Sequence record: PP175015.1
DNA length: 64,000 nucleotides
Strand: one strand, 5' to 3'
Origin: Escherichia phage UE-S5a
In this document: positions 60,598 through 64,000 of the stretch, one piece after another
Layout of the letters: every line of letters starts with the position of its first letter
How positions within the stretch are numbered: position 1 is the stretch's first letter
Program-made: the position numbers and the translations under genes
Notes under the pieces: generated by a model
The model's input: the letters and a program-made list of their open reading frames with translations, nothing else
The model's database searches: none
What the model was told of the DNA's origin: nothing

Positions 60598-61104
60598 TTA
60601 TTTTGAAGGTCTAGCAGCTACTGGTTTGTTTTCCTGATTCTGATACTTACCATTGTAATTAGCAGGTTCTTGAACCAGATGAAATAATACTTGAGCTATC
60701 CCAGCACCAGCCGGGATATGCAATTTCTTACGACCGTGATAGACCAGTTCGAGGGTAAGATACCCTTTCCATCCTGGTTCTATTACGGTATTGAACACTG
60801 ATAATGCACGTCTTGCCCATGTAGACTTATCGTGAACGATTGCTACACAGGACGGGGACATGTTGAACTTCTCAATTGCTGAGGCCAAGGCGAACTTACC
60901 GAGATGGCGTGATACTTGATTTCCATCAACGACTTTCACCATTGGAATCAGCCCAAATAAGCGATAGAAGGTAATATCTTGTTTGATACGAATATCATAA
61001 CCAGCTTCACCTAATCCATAGCTTACACCATGCTCTGATACCTTATGGTCTGGGACATCCAGCAACTGAGATGAACGGTATAGAGAATTACCATTAACAA
61101 CCAT
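60598..61104 (-). CDS. dCTP deaminase-like protein (dUTPase superfamily)
   Basis: 168 aa; AGYDIR and EPGWKGYLTLEL motifs typical of dCTP deaminase/dUTPase fold. Confidence 0.55.
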   Translation of the reverse strand: MVVNGNSLYRSSQLLDVPDHKVSEHGVSYGLGEAGYDIRIKQDITFYRLFGLIPMVKVVDGNQVSRHLGKFALASAIEKFNMSPSCVAIVHDKSTWARRALSVFNTVIEPGWKGYLTLELVYHGRKKLHIPAGAGIAQVLFHLVQEPANYNGKYQNQENKPVAARPSK

Positions 61105-62279
61105 TATTTCATTCCTTTAGGGATATGAACTACCTCCCCAAAAGGTACGGTAGCATTGGGATTATTCAGAACACACCAGATGATAGGAATATCAAATGGT
61201 AATTCTTCCATTGGACGAACATACATATCGGAGAATATGATTGCAGCGGTTGGTTTATTCTTAATAATCCACTCGCGTACTGGTTCCAGGTTTGTACCAC
61301 CACGACCGGTAATCTTAATCTCTTCAAAAGTATCTTCTTCAGTGATGTCTATCTCTTCTTGGATAATATCGTCGAAGGTAATTAAGGACATCTTCTTAGG
61401 ATTGAACTGGCTCTTAACGTAGGCAACCTCTGAGTTAAAACGCAGAGAGTCAGCACTACTAATAGAACCAGATACATCCTCAAAGTAGGCTAAGTGTCGT
61501 AAGCGTCCTTCATCATCTTCCATGGAAGGTAGATAGATGTCAGTAAAACGACGGTTAGGTCTGGCCCACGTATAATGAGTATCGTCAATGTCGGTAAAGA
61601 AGTTCATGAGGACTTCCTGCCATGGAACCACTGGTTTAAGGAATTGGGTAATAACCTCTTCCATACGACCAGCACCCTTACCGGGCATCTGTCCACCAGC
61701 CATTTTCTGGCTCTGCATTGCTCGTACTACGTTGTTGACGACAGCACCCTGGGACTGCCCCGAAGTGGGGGATTTCATGTCGCCAGCAAGACCTGCTCCA
61801 GCACCCCCTGACGGCTTCTGCCTTTTCTGAGGGTTCTTCATCAGGTCATCGTAGATGTCTTCTTCGACCCATCCTTTATATTGAGGGTCTTTGCAAATAC
61901 CTTTATCAATGCCAGTGAACTTATAACCATCTTCTTCTAACTGAAGGTTAATGAAGTGGTCACACGCCTGGTTCCAGATTTCTGGGTCACGGCTTCCACG
62001 ACGGATGCCATGCAGATATGCCACATGCCAAAGTTCATGCATTAACACTGTTTCTCTGGCATCTGGACACATCCAGATAAAGAAATCTGGATTGAAGTGA
62101 AGTTCTATCCCATCAGTACATGCAGTGGGACAATTCTCACGTTTCCATGAGAACTTAAGACTACATAGTAATGAACCAAAGAACGCAGCACTGCGTCCGA
62201 GAAATGCGTTGGCCTGTATTCTATCGTATTCCCTCATTAACTGTTCATCAGTGAGGTTATGTGGTGGTATGTTATTCAT
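61104..62279 (-). CDS. VWA-domain protein with N-terminal HExxH metallopeptidase-like domain (DUF2201-type partner of MoxR ATPases)
   Basis: 391 aa; MHELWHVAYLH HExxH motif; C-terminal MIDAS-like DVSGS. Confidence 0.5.
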   Translation of the reverse strand: MNNIPPHNLTDEQLMREYDRIQANAFLGRSAAFFGSLLCSLKFSWKRENCPTACTDGIELHFNPDFFIWMCPDARETVLMHELWHVAYLHGIRRGSRDPEIWNQACDHFINLQLEEDGYKFTGIDKGICKDPQYKGWVEEDIYDDLMKNPQKRQKPSGGAGAGLAGDMKSPTSGQSQGAVVNNVVRAMQSQKMAGGQMPGKGAGRMEEVITQFLKPVVPWQEVLMNFFTDIDDTHYTWARPNRRFTDIYLPSMEDDEGRLRHLAYFEDVSGSISSADSLRFNSEVAYVKSQFNPKKMSLITFDDIIQEEIDITEEDTFEEIKITGRGGTNLEPVREWIIKNKPTAAIIFSDMYVRPMEELPFDIPIIWCVLNNPNATVPFGEVVHIPKGMK

Positions 62280-62755
62280 TAAGATGCTCCATGATTTATA
62301 TGGTAACCCAATAATTTTTCTGCTTCCTTTCTGGCTGTAATGGCCTCTTGTTTACTGTTAAACTTTCCTAAGTAAATTTGTTTACCATTATCATTTATAT
62401 GGGCAGCCCAGATTTTATCTCGGGTGTGCCAGTAAACTCCTGTCACACCTGATGTATTTGTAATTCTCTTGGTTTGATTTTTGCAATTAATCGAGTTTGT
62501 TACTAAACGGAAATTGCTTGGGTAATTATTTAATCTATTATGGTCAATATGGTCTACCTGCATACCGTCAGGAATTGGTCCAATCTCCATTTCATAAATT
62601 ATGCGGTGAACTAAATGCATTTTCTTGTTACATTTAACACGCAAATACCCACTGTTATCCAAACAACCGGCAATGGCACCTGCTTTTACGCAGCCCCTGC
62701 TTACTTTCCAGTAGAGGGAACCATTGCTATAAACAAATAGTTCATGCCAATTCAT
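62279..62755 (-). CDS. HNH homing endonuclease with AP2 DNA-binding domain
   Basis: 158 aa; HRIIYE...VDHIDHNRLNN HNH core plus GVTGVYWHTRDKIWAAHINDNGKQIYLGKFNSKQEAITAR AP2-like domain; inserted between the MoxR and VWA genes. Confidence 0.75.
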   Translation of the reverse strand: MNWHELFVYSNGSLYWKVSRGCVKAGAIAGCLDNSGYLRVKCNKKMHLVHRIIYEMEIGPIPDGMQVDHIDHNRLNNYPSNFRLVTNSINCKNQTKRITNTSGVTGVYWHTRDKIWAAHINDNGKQIYLGKFNSKQEAITARKEAEKLLGYHINHGAS

Positions 62756-62759
62756 TATT

Positions 62760-63812
62760 TTATCCGTGAATGTAACGAGAGATATTAGCAGCAGCCTTAC
62801 GCCATTCAGGTGTAGCCTGAAGTTCTGGCAATGCTCTGCCTACTGTACGGAAGTACAGAATCTTATGGGTGAACGTTTTAAAGCGTTCAATGTACTGAAG
62901 AACATCAGAGAAGTTTTCTTCAGTAGTTTTGTTAGCCAGGTGGTTAACAGTAGCCCAACACAGGTTGTTATCTTCCGGTAGTGCACAGCCCAGAGGGTCT
63001 TTGACTACTTTCTCAATCGTAATCATACGATTGTATACCTGAGTGAATTGAACAAACTCTGTAGCCTTACCAGCAGTAACATGTCCTGCGTAGTAGATAG
63101 AATCTTCATCTGGCAGAGCACCTTCAGGACGGTTCTTGAGGTCTTTGTTAACAAAGTCCCAGGTGCGTGGGCAACAGAACGTTTTGTTCTTATGGGCTGG
63201 GTCGAAGTCATGCAGATAACCTGGGTTAGCATGTAAGAATGCAACCAGACGTTCATCCCATTCTTGTGGAATCATTACATCTTCAACAAAGATGTCGAAG
63301 TTAAGTTCCATTTCGAAGTGAACCACGCGAGACTGCATTGCAGTGCCCAGTGGGTTAACAATGGCACGGTCAGTAGCTTTGTTACCAGCACATATAATCA
63401 TCACATTAGGATGGAGTTTTTTCTGACCAGTCATACGGTCCAGAATCAGTTTGTATGCAGCAGCTACTACTTCTTTTCTGGCTGAGTTGAACTCATCAAG
63501 GAACAGGAGCCAACCATTATATCCTTCCGGTATCTCATCCCCCTCAATAGGGAATAAGTCAGCGAATGGGATAAACTCTGCACGGTCACCATTACGGAAT
63601 GGTAGACCAGACAAATCCTCTGGGGCAGAAGTAGACAGACGATGGTCTATCAGTTTCATACCAAATTCTTCTGCAACAGAGCGAATAATTGCAGATTTAC
63701 CCATTCCCGGTGATGAAGTCAGGAACGGTACGTTACCTGCTTGCAGGGCACGGATAATAAAGTTACGGGCCTGACGTGTATTACATATGGTCAGTGAGTC
63801 AATGCTCGCCAT
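62760..63812 (-). CDS. MoxR-like AAA+ ATPase
   Basis: 350 aa; Walker A SSPGMGKS, Walker B LLFLDEFN; AGGAGAG RBS. Confidence 0.7.
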   Translation of the reverse strand: MASIDSLTICNTRQARNFIIRALQAGNVPFLTSSPGMGKSAIIRSVAEEFGMKLIDHRLSTSAPEDLSGLPFRNGDRAEFIPFADLFPIEGDEIPEGYNGWLLFLDEFNSARKEVVAAAYKLILDRMTGQKKLHPNVMIICAGNKATDRAIVNPLGTAMQSRVVHFEMELNFDIFVEDVMIPQEWDERLVAFLHANPGYLHDFDPAHKNKTFCCPRTWDFVNKDLKNRPEGALPDEDSIYYAGHVTAGKATEFVQFTQVYNRMITIEKVVKDPLGCALPEDNNLCWATVNHLANKTTEENFSDVLQYIERFKTFTHKILYFRTVGRALPELQATPEWRKAAANISRYIHG

Positions 63813-63846
63813 TTACTTACTCTCCTAAAGTTAATGGAATTACTAA

Positions 63847-64000
63847 TTAAGATTTAATACATGGGTAGGCTGTATCAATTGCCATCAGAACCATGTCTGA
63901 TGGTACTTTTACTGCATTAACCTTTCTGTCATACAGAATAATAGTGGCTACTTTGTCAAAGACATTTCCTAACTTCAAACTATCTGGTACGCAGTTCTTA
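63847..64000 (-). CDS. hypothetical protein (C-terminal part only; gene starts beyond window end)
   Basis: Minus-strand frame open from window end to TAA at 63849-63847. Confidence 0.3.
   Translation of the reverse strand, partial: KNCVPDSLKLGNVFDKVATIILYDRKVNAVKVPSDMVLMAIDTAYPCIKS

Noticed and set aside
1-64000. CRISPR arrays, integrase/attachment sites, transposase-type mobile elements
   Set aside because: No short regularly spaced direct repeats, no integrase or transposase-like ORFs seen; the only mobile-type gene is the HNH homing endonuclease

Overview
This window reads as most of an N4-like (Schitoviridae-type) podovirus genome. The + strand (3.0-37.0 kb) is one long late/structural operon: terminase, two depolymerase-type tailspikes with C-terminal chaperone domains, a lysis cassette (holin-like, signal-anchor-release (SAR) GH108 endolysin, nested spanins), portal, major capsid, virion proteins and a giant ~3450-aa virion RNA polymerase. 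The - strand (37.1-64 kb) carries the replication and nucleotide-metabolism module (SSB, RuvC-like resolvase, primase-like protein, PD-(D/E)XK nuclease, family A DNA polymerase, SF1 helicase, rIIA-like, ThyX-like, dCTP-deaminase-like, MoxR AAA+/VWA pair split by an HNH-AP2 homing endonuclease, Imm-like membrane protein). The left 3 kb holds small - strand accessory genes. The most unusual region is 37.1-40.6 kb: a DUF2829 (Tad2-like) candidate anti-defence gene, two tRNA genes with odd anticodon loops, an array of degenerate tRNA-like elements, and an ORF-free block with repeated GC-clamped palindromes. Other points worth a second look are an exact 148-bp tandem duplication that frameshifts a GroES-like gene and an opposite-strand moron-like ORF inside the structural operon. 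All calls are from reading the sequence and remembered family signatures; no searches or folding programs were run, and coordinates of RNA elements are hand-derived.
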